Source: a virus
Taxonomy: Duplodnaviria > Heunggongvirae > Uroviricota > Caudoviricetes
DNA: 64,000 nt
Reading direction: 5' to 3' (one strand)
IMG/VR virus record: IMGVR_UViG_2913112809_000002
A program made the position numbers and the translations under genes. A model generated the notes under the pieces. The model had not been told where the DNA came from and did not search any database. It was given only the letters and a program-made list of their open reading frames with translations. Each line of letters starts with the position of its first letter. Position 1 is the stretch's first letter. Positions 28,301 through 43,611 of the stretch are shown here, piece by piece.

Positions 28301-28820
28301 ATGGAAGTCAACAAAAAGCAGCTGGCTGACATTTTCGGCGCGAGTATCCGTACCATTCAGAACTGGCAGGAGCAGGGAATGCCCGTTCTGCGAGGCGGTG
28401 GGAAGGGTAATGAGGTGCTTTATGACTCTGCCGCCGTCATAAAATGGTATGCCGAAAGGGATGCTGAAATTGAGAACGAAAAGCTGCGCCGGGAGGTTGA
28501 AGAACTGCGACAGGCCAGCGAGACAGATCTCCAGCCAGGGACTATTGAGTACGAACGCCATCGACTTACGCGTGCGCAGGCCGACGCACAGGAGCTGAAA
28601 AATGCCAGAGACTCCGCTGAAGTGGTGGAAACTGCATTCTGTACTTTCGTGCTGTCGCGGATCGCAGGTGAAATTGCCAGTATTCTCGACGGGATCCCCC
28701 TGTCGGTGCAGCGGCGTTTTCCGGAACTGGAAAACCGACATGTTGATTTCCTGAAACGAGATATCATCAAAGCCATGAACAAAGCATCCGCGCTGGATGA
28801 ACTGATACCGGGGTTGCTGA

Positions 28821-28846
<26 letters not shown>
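28301..28846 (+). CDS. Nu1: Terminase small subunit Nu1
   Basis: MEVNKKQLADIFGASIRTIQNWQEQGMPVLRGGGKGNEVLYD... matches lambda Nu1. Confidence 0.95.
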
Positions 28847-32527
<3,681 letters not shown>

Positions 32528-32547
<20 letters not shown>

Positions 32548-33847
32548 TCTCCCGCATATTGCCAGTATGGCCTTTAATGAGCCGCTGATGCTTGAACCCG
32601 CCTATGCGCGGGTTTTCTTTTGTGCGCTTGCAGGCCAGCTTGGGATCAGCCGCCTGACGGATGCGGTGTCCGGCGACAGCCTGACTGCCGGAGAGGCACC
32701 CGCGACGCTGGCGTTATCCGGTGATGATGGCGGGCCACGACAGGCCCGCAGTTATCAGGTCATGAACGGCATCGCCGTGCTGCCGGTGTCCGGCACGCTG
32801 GTCAGCCGGACGCGGGCGCTGCAGCCGTATTCGGGGATGACCGGTTACAACGGCATTATCGCCCGTCTGCAACAGGCTGCCAGTGACCCGATGGTGGACG
32901 GCATTCTGCTCGATATGGATACGCCAGGCGGAATGGTGGCGGGGGCATTTGACTGCGCTGACATCATCGCCCGTGTGCGTGACATAAAGCCGGTATGGGC
33001 GCTGGCCAACGACATGAACTGCAGTGCAGGTCAGCTGCTTGCCAGTGCCGCCTCCCGGCGTCTGGTCACGCAGACCGCACGGACAGGCTCCATCGGCGTC
33101 ATGATGGCTCACAGTAATTACGGTGCTGCGCTGGAGAAACAGGGCGTGGAAATCACGCTAATTTACAGCGGCAGCCATAAGGTGGATGGCAACCCCTACA
33201 GCCATCTTCCGGATGACGTCCGGGAGACACTGCAGTCCCGGATGGATGCAACCCGCCAGATGTTTGCGCAGAAGGTGTCGGCATATACCGGCCTGTCCGT
33301 GCAGGCTGTGCTGGATACCGAGGCTGCAGTGTACAGCGGTCAGGAGGCCATTGATGCCGGACTGGCTGATGAACTTGTTAACAGCACCGATGCGATCACC
33401 GTCATGCGTGATGCACTGGATGCACGTAAATCCCGTCTCTCAGGAGGGCGAATGACCAAAGAGACTCAATCAACAACTGTTTCAGCCACTGCTTCGCAGG
33501 CTGACATCACCACCGTGGTGCAAGCGACGGAGGGCGAAAACGCCAGCGCGGCGCAGCCGGACGTGAACGCGCAGATCACCGCAGCGGTTGCGGCAGAAAA
33601 CAGCCGCATTATGGGGATCCTCAACTGTGAGGAGGCCCACGGACGCGAAGAACAGGCACGCGTGCTGGCAGAAACCCCCGGAATGACCGTGGAAACGGCC
33701 CGCCGCATTCTGACCGCAGCACCACAGAGTGCACAGGCGCGCAGTGACACTGCGCTGGATCGTCTGATGCAGGGGGCACCGGCACCGCTGGCTGCAGGTA
33801 ACCCGGCATCTGATGCCGTTAACGATTTGCTGAACACACCAGTGTAA
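32528..33847 (+). CDS. C: Capsid assembly protease C (Nu3 scaffold nested at 3' end)
   Basis: GTG start giving (M)TAELRNLPHIASMAFNEPLMLEPAYARVFF... as lambda gpC. Confidence 0.8.
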
Positions 33848-33856
33848 GGGATGTTT

Positions 33857-34189
33857 ATGACGAGCAAAGAAACCTTTACCCATTACCAGCCGCTGGGCAA
33901 CAGTGACCCGGCTCATACCGCAACCGCGCCCGGCGGATTGAGTGCGAAAGCGCCTGCAATGACCCCGCTGATGCTGGACACCGCCACCCGTAAGCTGGTT
34001 GCGTGGGATGGCACCACCGACGGTGCTGCCGTTGGCATTCTGGCGGTCGCTGCTGACCAGACCAGCACCACGCTGACGTTCTACAAGTCCGGCACGTTCC
34101 GTTATGAGGATGTGCTCTGGCCGGAGGCTGCCAGCGACGAGACGAAAAAACGGACCGCGTTTGCCGGAACGGCAATCAGCATCGTTTAA
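33857..34189 (+). CDS. D: Capsid decoration protein D
   Basis: [41 protein letters not shown]... Confidence 0.9.
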   Translation: MTSKETFTHYQPLGNSDPAHTATAPGGLSAKAPAMTPLMLDTATRKLVAWDGTTDGAAVGILAVAADQTSTTLTFYKSGTFRYEDVLWPEAASDETKKRTAFAGTAISIV

Positions 34190-34244
34190 CTTTACCCTTC
34201 ATCACTAAAGGCCGCCTGTGCGGCTTTTTTTACGGGATTTTTTT

Positions 34245-35270
34245 ATGTCGATGTACACAACCGCCCAGCTGCTGGCGGCAAATGAGCAGAAATTTAAGTT
34301 TGATCCGCTGTTTCTGCGTCTCTTTTTCCGTGAGAGCTATCCCTTCACCACGGAGAAAGTCTATCTCTCACAAATTCCGGGACTGGTAAACATGGCGCTG
34401 TACGTTTCGCCGATTGTTTCCGGTGAGGTTATCCGCTCCCGTGGCGGCTCCACCTCTGAATTTACGCCGGGATATGTCAAACCCAAGCATGAAGTGAATC
34501 CGCAGATGACCCTGCGTCGCCTGCCGGATGAAGATCCGCAGAATCTGGCGGACCCGGCTTACCGTCGCCGTCGCATCATCATGCAGAACATGCGTGACGA
34601 AGAGCTGGCCATTGCCCAGGTCGAAGAGATGCAGGCAGTTTCTGCCGTGCTTAAGGGCAAATACACCATGACCGGTGAAGCCTTCGATCCGGTTGAGGTG
34701 GATATGGGCCGCAGTGCGGCGAATAACATCACGCAGTCCGGCGGCACGGAGTGGAGCAAGCGTGACAAGTCCACGTATGACCCGACCGACGATATCGAAA
34801 CTTACGCGCTGAACGCCAGCGGTGTGGTGAATATCATCGTGTTTGACCCGAAAGGCTGGGCGCTGTTCCGTTCCTTCAAGGCCGTCAGGGAGAAGCTGGA
34901 TACCCGTCGCGGCTCTCATTCCGAGCTGGAGACAGCGGTGAAAGACCTGGGTAAAGCGGTGTCCTATAAGGGGATGTATGGCGATGTGGCCATCGTCGTG
35001 TATTCCGGACAGTACGTGGAAAACGGTGTCAAAAAGAACTTCCTGCCGGACAACACGATGGTGCTTGGGAACACTCAGGCACGCGGTCTGCGCACCTATG
35101 GCTGTATTCAGGATGCGGATGCATTGAGTGAGGGTATTAATGCGTCTCCTCGTTATCCGAAAAACTGGAAGACATCCGGCGATCCGGCGCGTGAGTTCAC
35201 CATGATTCAGTCAGCACCGCTGATGCTGCTGGCTGATCCTGATGAGTTCGTGTCCGTACAACTGGCGTAA
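34245..35270 (+). CDS. E: Major capsid protein E
   Basis: MSMYTTAQLLAANEQKFKFDPLFLRLFFRESYPF... Confidence 0.95.
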   Translation: MSMYTTAQLLAANEQKFKFDPLFLRLFFRESYPFTTEKVYLSQIPGLVNMALYVSPIVSGEVIRSRGGSTSEFTPGYVKPKHEVNPQMTLRRLPDEDPQNLADPAYRRRRIIMQNMRDEELAIAQVEEMQAVSAVLKGKYTMTGEAFDPVEVDMGRSAANNITQSGGTEWSKRDKSTYDPTDDIETYALNASGVVNIIVFDPKGWALFRSFKAVREKLDTRRGSHSELETAVKDLGKAVSYKGMYGDVAIVVYSGQYVENGVKKNFLPDNTMVLGNTQARGLRTYGCIQDADALSEGINASPRYPKNWKTSGDPAREFTMIQSAPLMLLADPDEFVSVQLA

Positions 35271-35311
35271 TCATGGCCCTTCGGGGCCATTTTCTCTCTG
35301 TGGAGGAGTCC

Positions 35312-35707
35312 ATGACGAAAGATGAACTGATTGCCCGTCTCCGCTCGCTGGGTGAACAACTGAACCGTGATGTCAGCCTGACGGGGACGAAAGAAGAACT
35401 GGCGCTCCGTGTGGCAGAGCTGGAAGAGGAGCTTGATGACACGGATGACACTGCCGGTCAGGACACCCCTCTCAGCCCGGAAAATGTGCTGACCGGGCAT
35501 GAAAATGAGGTGGTATCAGCGCAGCCGGATACCGTGATTGATACGGCTGAACTGGTCACGGTCGTGGCACTGGTGACGCTGCATACCGATGCACTTCACG
35601 CCACGCGGGATGAACCTGTGGCATTTGTGCTGCCGGGAACGGCGTTTCGTGTCTCTGCCGGTGTGGCAGCCGAAATGACAGCGCGTAGCCTGGCCAGAAT
35701 GCAATAA
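35312..35707 (+). CDS. FI: DNA packaging protein FI
   Basis: MTKDELIARLRSLGEQLNRDVSLTGTKEELALRVAELEEELDD... Confidence 0.9.
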   Translation: MTKDELIARLRSLGEQLNRDVSLTGTKEELALRVAELEEELDDTDDTAGQDTPLSPENVLTGHENEVVSAQPDTVIDTAELVTVVALVTLHTDALHATRDEPVAFVLPGTAFRVSAGVAAEMTARSLARMQ

Positions 35708-35718
35708 CGGGAGGCGCT

Positions 35719-36072
35719 GTGGCTGATTTCGATAACCTGTTCGATGCTGCCATTACCCGCGCCGATGAAACGATACGCGGGTACATGGGAATGTCAGCCA
35801 TCATTACATCCGGTGAGCAGTCAGGTGTTGTGATACGTGGTGTTTTTGATGACCCTGAAAATATCAGCTATGCCGGACAGGGCGTGCGCGTTGAAGGCTC
35901 CAGCCCGTCCCTGTTTGTCCGGACTGATGAGGTGCGGCAGCTGCGGCGTGGAGACACGCTGACCATCGGTGAGGAAAACTTCTGGGTAGACCGGGTTTCG
36001 CCGGATGATGGCGGAAGCTGTCATCTCTGGCTTGGGCGTGGCGTGCCGCCTGCCGTTAACCGTCGCCGCTGA
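35719..36072 (+). CDS. FII: Head completion protein FII
   Basis: GTG start; (M)ADFDNLFDAAITRADETIRGYMG... Confidence 0.9.
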   Translation: MADFDNLFDAAITRADETIRGYMGMSAIITSGEQSGVVIRGVFDDPENISYAGQGVRVEGSSPSLFVRTDEVRQLRRGDTLTIGEENFWVDRVSPDDGGSCHLWLGRGVPPAVNRRR

Positions 36073-36083
36073 AGGGAGGATGT

Positions 36084-36662
36084 ATGGCCATAAAAGGTCT
36101 TGAGCAGGCCGTTGAAAACCTCAGCCGTATCAGCAGAACGGCGGTGCCCGGTGCCGCCGCAATGGCCATTAACCGCGTTGCTTCATCCGCGATATCGCAG
36201 TCGGCGTCACAGGTTGCCCGTGAGACAAAGGTACGCCGGAAACTGGTAAAGGAAAGGGCCAGGCTGAAAAGGGCCACGGTCAAAAATCCGCAGGCCAGAA
36301 TCAAAGTTAACCGGGGGGATTTGCCCGTAATCAAGCTGGGTAATGCGCGGGTTGTCCTGTCCCGCCGCAGGCGTCGTAAAAAGGGGCAGCGTTCATCCCT
36401 GAAAGGTGGCGGTAGCGTGCTTGTGGTGGGAAACCGTCGTATTTCTGGCGCGTTTATTCAGCAACTGAAAAATGGCCGGTGGCATGTTATGCAGCGTGTG
36501 GCCGGGAAAAACCGTTACCCCATTGATGTGGTGAAAATCCCGATGGCGGTGCCACTGACCACGGCGTTTAAACAGAATATTGAGCGGATACGGCGTGAGC
36601 GTCTTCCGAAAGAGCTGGGCTATGCGCTGCAGCATCAACTGAGAATGGTAATAAAGCGATGA
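36084..36662 (+). CDS. Z: Tail completion protein Z
   Basis: 192 aa MAIKGLEQAVENLSRISRTAVPGAAAMAINRV... Confidence 0.9.
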   Translation: MAIKGLEQAVENLSRISRTAVPGAAAMAINRVASSAISQSASQVARETKVRRKLVKERARLKRATVKNPQARIKVNRGDLPVIKLGNARVVLSRRRRRKKGQRSSLKGGGSVLVVGNRRISGAFIQQLKNGRWHVMQRVAGKNRYPIDVVKIPMAVPLTTAFKQNIERIRRERLPKELGYALQHQLRMVIKR

Positions 36663-37054
36663 AACATACTGAACTCCGTGCAGCCGTACTGGATGCACTG
36701 GAGAAGCATGACACAGGGGCGACGCTTTTTGATGGTCGCCCCGCTGTTTTTGATGAGGAAGATTTTCCGGCAATTGCCGTTTATCTCACCGGCGCTGAAT
36801 ACACGGGCGAAGAGCTGGACAGCGATACCTGGCAGGCGGAGCTGCATATTGAAGTTTTCCTGCCTGCTCAGGTGCCGGATTCAGAGCTGGATTCGTGGAT
36901 GGAGTCCCGGATTTATCCGGTGATGAGCGATATCCCGGCACTGTCAGATTTGATCACCAGTATGGTGGCCAGTGGCTATGACTACCGACGCGACGATGAT
37001 GCGGGCCTGTGGAGTTCAGCCGATCTGACGTATGTCATTACCTATGAAATGTGA
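36659..37054 (+). CDS. U: Tail terminator protein U
   Basis: 131 aa [42 protein letters not shown]... Confidence 0.9.
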   Translation: MKHTELRAAVLDALEKHDTGATLFDGRPAVFDEEDFPAIAVYLTGAEYTGEELDSDTWQAELHIEVFLPAQVPDSELDSWMESRIYPVMSDIPALSDLITSMVASGYDYRRDDDAGLWSSADLTYVITYEM

Positions 37055-37061
37055 GGACGCT

Positions 37062-37802
37062 ATGCCTGTACCAAATCCAACAATGCCGGTGAAAGGTGCC
37101 GGGACCACACTGTGGGTTTATAAGGGGAACGGTGACCCTTATGCGAACCCGCTTTCAGACGTTGACTGGTCGCGTCTGGCAAAAGTTAAAGACCTGACGC
37201 CCGGCGAACTGACCGCTGAGTCCTATGACGACAGCTATCTCGATGATGAAGATGCGGACTGGACTGCGACCGGGCAGGGGCAGAAATCTGCCGGAGATAC
37301 CAGCTTCACGCTGGCGTGGATGCCCGGAGAGCAGGGGCAGCAGGCGCTGCTGGCGTGGTTTAATGAAGGTGATACCCGTGCCTATAAAATCCGCTTTCCG
37401 AACGGCACGGTCGATGTGTTCCGTGGCTGGGTCAGCAGTATCGGTAAGGCGGTGACGGCGAAGGAAGTGATCACCCGCACGGTGAAGGTCACCAATGTGG
37501 GACGCCCGTCGATGGCAGAAGATCGCAGCACGGTAACAGCGGCCACCGGCATGACGGTAACGCCAGCCAGTGCTTCCGTAGTGAAAGGGCAGAGCACCAC
37601 GCTGACCGTGGCATTCCAGCCGGAGGGCGCAACCGACAAGAGCTTCCGTGCGGTGTCAGCGGATAAAACAAAAGCCACCGTGTCGGTCAGTGGTATGACC
37701 ATCACCGTGAACGGCGTTGCTGCAGGCAAGGTCAACATTCCGGTTGTATCCGGTAATGGTGAGTTTGCTGCGGTTGCAGAAATCACCGTCACCGCCAGTT
37801 AA
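37062..37802 (+). CDS. V: Major tail tube protein V
   Basis: [22 protein letters not shown]..., Ig-like C-terminus. Confidence 0.95.
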   Translation: MPVPNPTMPVKGAGTTLWVYKGNGDPYANPLSDVDWSRLAKVKDLTPGELTAESYDDSYLDDEDADWTATGQGQKSAGDTSFTLAWMPGEQGQQALLAWFNEGDTRAYKIRFPNGTVDVFRGWVSSIGKAVTAKEVITRTVKVTNVGRPSMAEDRSTVTAATGMTVTPASASVVKGQSTTLTVAFQPEGATDKSFRAVSADKTKATVSVSGMTITVNGVAAGKVNIPVVSGNGEFAAVAEITVTAS

Positions 37803-37817
37803 TCCGGAGAGTCAGCG

Positions 37818-38240
37818 ATGTTCCTGAAAACCGAATCATTTGAATATAACGGCGTGACCGTCACGCTTTCTGAACTGTCAGCCCTGCAGCGTATTGAGCA
37901 TCTTGCCTGGTTGAAAGAGCAGGAAAAAAAGGCTGAATCCAGTGGCAACCTGCAGGTGTCTGTAGAGGATCTTATCAGAGGCGGGGCGTTTCTGGTGGCG
38001 ATGTCTCTGTGGCATAACCATCCGCAGAAGACAAAGCTGCTGTCCATGAATGAAGCCATTACGCAGATTGAGCAGGAAGTGCTTACCACCTGGCCCACGG
38101 AGGCAATTGCTCAGGCTGAAAACGTGGTGCTACGTCTGTCCGGAATGTCTGAGTTTGTGGTGAATAATGCCCCTGAACAGGCAGAGGACGCCGGGCCTGC
38201 AGAGCCTGTTTCTGCGGGAAAGTGTTCGACGGTGAGCTGA
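37818..38240 (+). CDS. G: Tail assembly chaperone G
   Basis: 140 aa MFLKTESFEYNGVTVTLSELSALQRIEHLAWL... Confidence 0.9.
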   Translation: MFLKTESFEYNGVTVTLSELSALQRIEHLAWLKEQEKKAESSGNLQVSVEDLIRGGAFLVAMSLWHNHPQKTKLLSMNEAITQIEQEVLTTWPTEAIAQAENVVLRLSGMSEFVVNNAPEQAEDAGPAEPVSAGKCSTVS

Positions 38241-38656
38241 GTTTTGCCCTGAAACTGGCGCGTGAGATGGGGCGACCCGACTGGCGCGCCATGCTTGCCG
38301 GGATGTCATCCACGGAGTATGCCGACTGGCACCGTTTTTACAGTACCCATTATTTTCATGATGTTCTGCTGGATATGCACTTTTCCGGGCTGACGTACAC
38401 CGTGCTCAGCCTGTTTTTCAGCGATCCGGAGATGCATCCGCTGGATTTCAGTCTGCTGAATCGGTGTGAGGCTGACGAAGAGCCTGAAGATGATGTGCTG
38501 ATGCAGAAAGCGGCAGGGCTTGCCGGAGGCGTCCGCTTTGGTCCGGACGGGAATAAAGTTATCCCCGCTTCCCCGGATGTGGCGGACATGACGGAGGATG
38601 ACGTAATGCTGATGACAGTATCAGAAGGGATCGCAGGAGGAGTCCGGTATGGCTGA
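37818..38656 (+). CDS. G-T: Tail assembly chaperone GT, made by programmed -1 frameshift at G GGA AAG (38214..38220)
   Basis: Slippery heptamer gggaaag at end of G; T frame (38222..38656) has no independent RBS. Confidence 0.75.
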
Positions 38657-41209
38657 ACCGGTAGGCGATCTGGTCGTTGATTTAAGTCTGGATGCGGCCA
38701 GATTTGACGAGCAGATGGCCAGAGTCAGGCGTCATTTTTCCGGTACGGAAAGTGATGCGAAAAAACAGCGGCAGTCGTTGAACAGTCGCTGAGCCGACAG
38801 GCGCTGGCTGCACAGAAAGCGGGGATTTCCGTCGGGCAGTATAAAGCCGCCATGCGAATGCTGCCTGCACAGTTCACCGACGTGGCCACGCAGCTTGCAG
38901 GCGGGCAAAGCCCGTGGCTGATCCTGCTGCAACAGGGTGGTCAGGTTAAGGACTCCTTCGGCGGGATGATCCCCATGTTCCGGGGGCTTGCCGGTGCGAT
39001 CACCCTGCCGATGGTCGGGGCCACCTCGCTGGCGGTGGCGACCGGTGCGCTGGCGTATGCCTGGTATCAGGGTAACTCAACCCTGTCCGATTTCAACAAA
39101 ACGCTGGTCCTTTCCGGTCATCAGTCAGGTCTGACGGCAGATCGTATGCTGGTCCTGTCCAGAGCCGGACAGGCGGCAGGGCTGACGTTTAACCAGACCA
39201 GCGAGTCACTCAGCGCACTGGTTAAGGCGGGGGTAAGCGGTGAGGCTCAGATTGCGTCCATCAGCCAGAGTGTGGCGCGTTTCTCCTCTGCATCCGGTGT
39301 GGAGGTGAACAAGGTCGCTGAAGCCTTCGGGAAGCTGACCACAGACCCGACGTCGGGGCTGACGGCGATGGCACGCCAGTTCCATAACGTGACGGCGGAA
39401 CAGATTGCGTATGTTGCTCAGTTGCAGCGTTCCGGCGATGAAGCCGGGGCATTGCAGGCGGCGAACGAGGCCGCAACGAAAGGGTTTGATGACCAGACCC
39501 GACGCCTGAAAGAGAACATGGGCACGCTGGAAACCTGGGCAGACAGGACAGCACGGGCATTCAAATCCATGTGGGATGCGGTGCTGGATATTGGTCGTCC
39601 TGATACCGCTCAGGAGATGCTGATTAAGGCAGAGGCTGCGTTTAAGAAAGCGGACGACATCTGGAATCTGCGCAAGGATGATTATTTTGTTAACGATGAA
39701 GCGCGGGCGCGTTACTGGGATGATCGTGAAAAGGCCCGTCTTGCGCTTGAAGCCGCCCGAAAGAAGGCTGAACAGCAGAGTCAACAGGACAAAAATGCGC
39801 AGCAGCAGAGCGATACCGAAGCGTCACGGCTGAAATATACCGAAGAGGCGCAGAAGGCTTACGAACGACTGCAGACGCCGCTGGAGAAATATACCGCCCG
39901 TCAGGAAGAACTGAATAAGGCACTGAAAGACGGGAAAATCCTGCAGGCAGATTACAACACGCTGATGGCGGCGGCGAAAAAGGATTATGAAGCGACGCTG
40001 AAAAAGCCGAAACAGTCCGGCGTGAAGGTGTCTGCGGGCGATCGTCAGGAAGACAGTGCTCATGTTGCCCTGCTGACGCTTCAGGCAGAACTCCGGACGC
40101 TGGAGAAACATGCCGGAGCGAATGAGAAAATCAGCCAGCAGCGCCGGGATTTGTGGAAGGCAGAAAGTCAGTTCGCGGTACTGGAGGAGGCGGCACAACG
40201 TCGCCAGCTGTCCGCACAGGAGAAATCCCTGCTGGCGCATAAAGATGAGACGCTGGAGTACAAACGCCAGCTGGCTGCACTTGGTGACAAGGTTACGTAT
40301 CAGGAGCGCCTGAACGCGCTGGCGCAGCAGGCGGATAAATTCGCACAGCAGCAACGGGCAAAACGGGCAGCCATTGAGGCGAAAAACCGGGGGCTGACTG
40401 ACCGGCAGGCAGCGCGGGACGCCACGGAACAGCGCCTGAAGGAACAGTATGGCGATAATCCTCTGGCGCTGAATAACGTCATGTCAGAGCAGAAAAAGAC
40501 CTGGGCGGCTGAAGACCAGCTTCGCGGGAGCTGGATGGCAGGCCTCAAGTCTGGCTGGAGTGAGTGGGAAGAGAGCGCCACGGACAGTATGTCGCAGGTT
40601 AAAAGTGCTGCCACGCAGACCTTTGATGGTATTGCACAGAATATGGCGGCGATGCTGACCGGCAGTGAGCAGAACTGGCGCAGCTTCACCCGTTCCGTGC
40701 TGTCCATGATGACAGAAATTCTGCTTAAGCAGGCAATGGTGGGGATTGTCGGGAGTATCGGCAGCGCCATTGGCGGTGCTGCCAGTAGTGGCGCATCAGC
40801 GTCTGGTGGTACAGCCATTCAGGCAGCTGCGGCGAAATTCCATTTTGCGACCGGGGGATTTACGGGAACCGGCGGCAAATATGAGCCTGCGGGGATTGTT
40901 CACCGTGGTGAATTTGTCTTCACGAAGGAGGCAACCAGCCGGATTGGCGTGGGGAATCTCTACCGGCTGATGCGCGGCTATGCCACCGGTGGTTATGTCG
41001 GTACACCGGGCAGCCTGGCGGACAGCCGGTCGCAGGCGTCCGGGAAGTTTGAGCAGAATAACCATGTGGTGATTAATAACGACGGCACGAACGGTCAGAT
41101 AGGTCCGGCTGCTCTGAAGGCGGTGTATGACATGGCCCGCAAGGGTGCCCGTGATGAAATTCAGACACAGATGCGTGATGGTGGCCTGTTCTCCGGAGGT
41201 GGACGATGA
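38649..41209 (+). pseudogene. H: Tail tape measure protein H, frame broken in poly-A tract near 38760..38765
   Basis: Frame from ATG 38649 (MAEPVGDLVVDL...SGTESDAKK) hits a stop at 38788; homology resumes in -1 frame (...RQALAAQKAGISVGQYKAAMRMLPAQ...); six A here versus seven in lambda as recalled. Confidence 0.75.
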
Positions 41210-41535
41210 AAACCTTCCGCTGGAAAGTGAAACCCGGTATGGATGTGGCTTCGGCCCCTTCCGTCAGGAAGGTGCGCTTTGGTGATGGTTACTCCCAGCG
41301 CGCGCCTGCCGGGCTGAATGCCAACCTGAAAACGTACAGCGTGACGATTTCTGTCCCCCGTTGGGAGGCCACGGCGCTGGAATCGTTTCTGGCAGAGCAC
41401 GGAGGCTGGAAAGCCTTTCTGTGGACGCCGCCTTATGACTGGCGGCAGATAAAGGTGATCTGCGCAAAATGGTCGTCGCGGGTCAGTATGCTGCGTGTTG
41501 AGTTCAGCGCAGAGTTTGAACAGGTGGTGAACTGA
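41206..41535 (+). CDS. M: Tail tip assembly protein M
   Basis: 109 aa MKTFRWKVKPGMDVASAPSVRKVRFGDGYSQRAP... Confidence 0.9.
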   Translation: MKTFRWKVKPGMDVASAPSVRKVRFGDGYSQRAPAGLNANLKTYSVTISVPRWEATALESFLAEHGGWKAFLWTPPYDWRQIKVICAKWSSRVSMLRVEFSAEFEQVVN

Positions 41536-42233
41536 TGCAGGATATCCGACAGGAAACACTGAATGAATGCACCCGTGCGGAGCAGTCTGCCAGCGTGGTG
41601 CTCTGGGAAATCGATCTGACAGAGGTTGGTGGAGAACGTTATTTTTTCTGTAATGAGCAGAACGAAAAAGGTGAGCCGGTCACCTGGCAGGGGCGACAGT
41701 ATCAGGCGTATCCCATTCAGGGGAGTGGTTTCGAACTGAATGGCAAAGGCACCAGTACGCGCCCCACGCTGACGGTTTCTAACCTGTACGGTATGGTCAC
41801 TGGGATGGCGGAAGACCTGCAGAGTCTGGTCGGCGGAACGGTGGTCAGGCGTAAGGTTTATGCCCGTTTTCTGGATGCGGTGAACTTCGTCAACGGAAAC
41901 AGCGACGCCGATCCGGAGCAGGAGGTGATTAGCCGCTGGCGCATCGAGCAGTGCAGCGAACTGAGCGCGGTCAGTGCCTCTTTTGTACTGTCCACGCCGA
42001 CGGAAACGGATGGTGCCGTTTTTCCGGGACGTATCATGCTGGCCAACACCTGCACCTGGACCTATCGCGGTGATGAGTGCGGTTATAACGGTCCGGCTGT
42101 CGCTGATGAATATGACCAGCCGACGTCCGATATCACGAAGGATAAATGCAGCAAATGCCTGAGTGGCTGTAAGTTTCGCAATAATGTCGGCAACTTTGGC
42201 GGCTTCCTTTCCATTAACAAACTTTCGCAGTAA
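41535..42233 (+). CDS. L: Tail tip protein L
   Basis: 232 aa MQDIRQETLNECTRAEQSASVVLWEIDLTEVGGERYFFCNE... Confidence 0.9.
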   Translation: MQDIRQETLNECTRAEQSASVVLWEIDLTEVGGERYFFCNEQNEKGEPVTWQGRQYQAYPIQGSGFELNGKGTSTRPTLTVSNLYGMVTGMAEDLQSLVGGTVVRRKVYARFLDAVNFVNGNSDADPEQEVISRWRIEQCSELSAVSASFVLSTPTETDGAVFPGRIMLANTCTWTYRGDECGYNGPAVADEYDQPTSDITKDKCSKCLSGCKFRNNVGNFGGFLSINKLSQ

Positions 42234-42238
42234 ATCCC

Positions 42239-42982
42239 ATGACAGAGACAGAATCAGCGATTCTGGCGCACGCCCGACGATGTGCGCCAGCGGAGTCGTG
42301 CGGCTTCGTAGTGAGAACGCCGGAGGGGGAAAGATATTTTCCCTGCGTGAATATCTCCGGTGAGCCGGAGGATTATTTCCGGATGTCGCCGGAGGACTGG
42401 CTGCGGGCAGAAATGCAGGGTGAGATTGTGGCGCTGGTCCACAGCCACCCCGGTGGTCTGCCCTGGCTGAGTGAGGCCGACCGGCGGCTGCAGGTGCAGA
42501 GTGATTTGCCGTGGTGGCTGGTCTGCCGGGGGGCGATTCACAAGTTCCGCTGTGTGCCACATCTTACCGGGCGGCGCTTTGAGCACGGGGTGACGGACTG
42601 TTACACGCTGTTCCGGGACGCTTACCATCTGGCGGGGATTGAGATGCCGGATTTTCATCGCGGGGATGACTGGTGGCGTAACGGTCAGAATCTCTATCTG
42701 GATAATCTGGAGGCCACAGGGCTGTATCAGGTGCCGTTGTCATCAGCACAACCGGGCGATGTGCTGCTGTGCTGTTTTGGTTCATCGGTGCCGAATCATG
42801 CCGCCATTTACTGTGGTGATGGCGAGCTGCTGCACCATATTCCTGAACAACTGAGCAAACGAGAGAGGTATACCGACAAATGGCAGCGACGCACACACTC
42901 CCTCTGGCGTCACCGGGCATGGCACGCATCTGCCTTTACGGGGATTTACAACGATTTGGCCGCCGCATCGACCTTCGTGTGA
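42239..42982 (+). CDS. K: Tail tip assembly protein K (JAB/MPN + NlpC/P60); lambda annotation starts at internal Met 42383
   Basis: ...ESCGFV...HSHPGG...SEAD JAMM-like motif and Cys/His peptidase region. Confidence 0.85.
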   Translation: MTETESAILAHARRCAPAESCGFVVRTPEGERYFPCVNISGEPEDYFRMSPEDWLRAEMQGEIVALVHSHPGGLPWLSEADRRLQVQSDLPWWLVCRGAIHKFRCVPHLTGRRFEHGVTDCYTLFRDAYHLAGIEMPDFHRGDDWWRNGQNLYLDNLEATGLYQVPLSSAQPGDVLLCCFGSSVPNHAAIYCGDGELLHHIPEQLSKRERYTDKWQRRTHSLWRHRAWHASAFTGIYNDLAAASTFV

Positions 42983-43551
42983 AAACGGGGGCTGAAGCCA
43001 TCCGCGCACTGGCCACACAGCTCCCGGCGTTTCGTCAGAAACTGAGCGACGGCTGGTATCAGGTACGGATTGCCGGGCGGGACGTCAGCACGTCCGGGTT
43101 AACGGCGCAGTTACATGAGACTCTGCCTGATGGCGCTGTGATTCATATTGTTCCCAGAGTCGCCGGGGCCAAGTCAGGTGGCGTATTCCAGATTGTCCTG
43201 GGAGCAGCCGCCATTGCCGGATCATTCTTTACTGCCGGAGCCACCCTTGCAGCGTGGGGGGCAGCCATTGGGGCCGGTGGTATGACCGGCATCCTGTTTT
43301 CTCTCGGTGCCAGTATGGTGCTCGGTGGTGTGGCCCAGATGCTGGCACCGAAAGCCAGAACTCCCCGTACACAGACAACGGATAACGGTAAGCAGAACAC
43401 CTATTTCTCCTCACTGGATAACATGGTTGCCCAGGGCAATGTTATGCCTGTTCTGTATGGTGAAATGCGCGTGGGGTCACGTGTGGCATCTCAGGAGATC
43501 AGCACGGCAGACGAAGGGGACGGTGGTCAGGTTGTGGTGATTGGTCGCTGA
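42880..43551 (+). CDS. I: Tail tip assembly protein I
   Basis: 223 aa MAATHTLPLASPGMARICLYGDLQRFGRRIDLRVKTG... Confidence 0.9.
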   Translation: MAATHTLPLASPGMARICLYGDLQRFGRRIDLRVKTGAEAIRALATQLPAFRQKLSDGWYQVRIAGRDVSTSGLTAQLHETLPDGAVIHIVPRVAGAKSGGVFQIVLGAAAIAGSFFTAGATLAAWGAAIGAGGMTGILFSLGASMVLGGVAQMLAPKARTPRTQTTDNGKQNTYFSSLDNMVAQGNVMPVLYGEMRVGSRVASQEISTADEGDGGQVVVIGR

Positions 43552-43611
43552 TGCAAAATGTTTTATGTGAAACCGCCTCCGGGCGGTTTTGTCGTTTATG
43601 GAGCATGACGA

